DNA of 64,000 nt from Eledone cirrhosa (lineage: Eukaryota): contig CAXHJY010000898.1 in NCBI GenBank assembly GCA_964016885.1, forward strand, positions 186,001 to 250,000, written 5' to 3'. The translations under genes were made by a program, and so were the position numbers. The notes beneath the pieces were generated by a model, which searched no databases, had not been told where the DNA came from, and was given only the letters and a program-made list of their open reading frames with translations. Shown here piece after piece: positions 63,301-64,000 of the stretch (position 1 is its first letter; each line of letters starts with the position of its first letter).

Positions 63301-64000
63301 GATAGCTTAGCTTAGGATAGCTTAGGATAGCTTAGCTTAGCTTAGCTTAGGATAGCTTAGCTTAGCTTAGCTTAGCTTAGGATAGCTTAGCTTAGCTTAG
63401 CTTAGCTTAGGATAGCTTAGCTTAGCTTAGCTTAGGATAGCTTAGGATAGCTTAGCTTAGGATAGCTTAGGATAGCTTAGCTTAGGATAGCTTAGGATAG
63501 CTTAGCTTAGAATAGCTTAGGATAGCTTAGCTTAGGATAGCTTAGCTTAGGATAGCTTAGCTTAGCTTAGCTTAGGATAGCTTAGCTTAGGATAGCTTAG
63601 GATAGCTTAGCTTAGGATAGCTTAGCTAAGGATAGCTTAGGATAGCTTAGCTTAGCTTAGCTTAGGATAGCTTAGCTTAGCTTAGGATAGCTTAGCTTAG
63701 CTTAGGATAGCTTAGCTTAGCTTAGCTTAGGATAGCTTAGCTTAGCTTAGCTTAGGATAGCTTAGCTTAGCTTAGCTTAGGATAGCTTAGCTTAGCTTAG
63801 GATAGCTCAGCTTAGCTTAGCTTAGGAAAGCTTAGCTTAGCTTAGCTTAGGATAGCTTAGCTTAGGATAGCTTAGCTTAGGATAGCTTAGCTTAGGTTAG
63901 CTTAGCTTAGCTTAGCTTAGGATAGCTTAGGATAGCTTAGCTTAGGATAGCTTAGCTTAGCTTAGCTTAGGATAGCTTAGCTTAGCTTAGCTTAGGATAG
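60400..64000 (+). repeat. Block paralogous to ~40900-46550 but with only one copy of the 2.07-kb unit
   Basis: TTGGC 40897/60402, CTTAGCCTAG 42051/61551 (offset ~19500); then CTCAG 44941/62351, TTGGC 45232/62642, CTAAG 46216/63626 (offset 17410). Confidence 0.8.

Larger units (their letters stand above)
1..64000 (+). repeat. Composite pentamer satellite array: (TTAGC)n interspersed with TTAGGATAGC; telomere-like motif; runs off both window ends
   Basis: Every line parses into TTAGC and TTAGG-ATAGC words with sparse point variants. Both words are 40% GC. No unique sequence and no inverted (GCTAA)n segment. Typically 0-3 TTAGC lie between decamers. Confidence 0.99.

Noticed and set aside
1-64000. 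Protein-coding ORFs or a repetitive peptide gene
   Set aside because: TAG recurs about every 5 bp on + (every frame stops within about 15 bp) and TAA every 5-10 bp on -. ATG is nearly absent.
1-64000. CRISPR array or other repeat-spacer system (decamers as repeats, TTAGC runs as spacers)
   Set aside because: There are no unique spacers, no leader and no cas genes. The intervening sequence is the same pentamer.
1-64000. Telomere-targeting retrotransposons (TRAS/SART-type) or other mobile element insertions
   Set aside because: No unique sequence, poly(A) tail, target-site duplication or ORF anywhere in the window.
1-64000. Run-length string as an information-bearing code or synthetic data-storage construct
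   Set aside because: The pattern is explained by nested duplication with inherited point variants. Nothing in the sequence supports a decoding mechanism or a designed origin.
1-64000. Single fixed-length higher-order repeat (e.g. 17.1 kb or 26.2 kb period)
   Set aside because: Each offset holds for only about 3-8 kb before switching. The structure is a patchwork, not a regular HOR.
1-64000. Array of GATA-factor sites or promoter elements
   Set aside because: The decamer gives GGATAG, which does not match the WGATAR consensus, and short motif hits in a satellite are uninformative without binding data.
1-64000. Whole array as a sequencing or basecalling artefact
   Set aside because: Rare variants recur in fixed order at exact offsets, which random error would not produce. 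Individual duplications could still be misassembled and need read support.

Overview
The whole 64-kb window is one uninterrupted, single-orientation, non-coding tandem array. It is built from two words: the pentamer TTAGC and the decamer TTAGG-ATAGC, which is two TTAGC units with a linked CT>GA change. I see no genes, RNA genes, mobile elements or CRISPR arrays. TAG falls about every 5 bp on + and TAA every 5-10 bp on -, closing all six frames. The array is hierarchical: 5-mer, 10-mer, 25-mer, recurring cassettes of rare variants, adjacent duplications of 0.3-3.4 kb, and dispersed multi-kb blocks at offsets of about 9.6, 13, 17, 19.5, 26.2, 36.3 and 56.3 kb. Rare variants recur in the same order and at fixed spacings, pointing to copying by recombination or replication rather than de novo synthesis by telomerase. 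The motif resembles the arthropod (TTAGG) and nematode (TTAGGC) telomere repeats. It may be a telomere-derived satellite, a centromeric satellite or a recombination-maintained telomere; the window alone cannot decide, nor can it identify the organism. All counts and offsets were read by eye and duplication boundaries are approximate.
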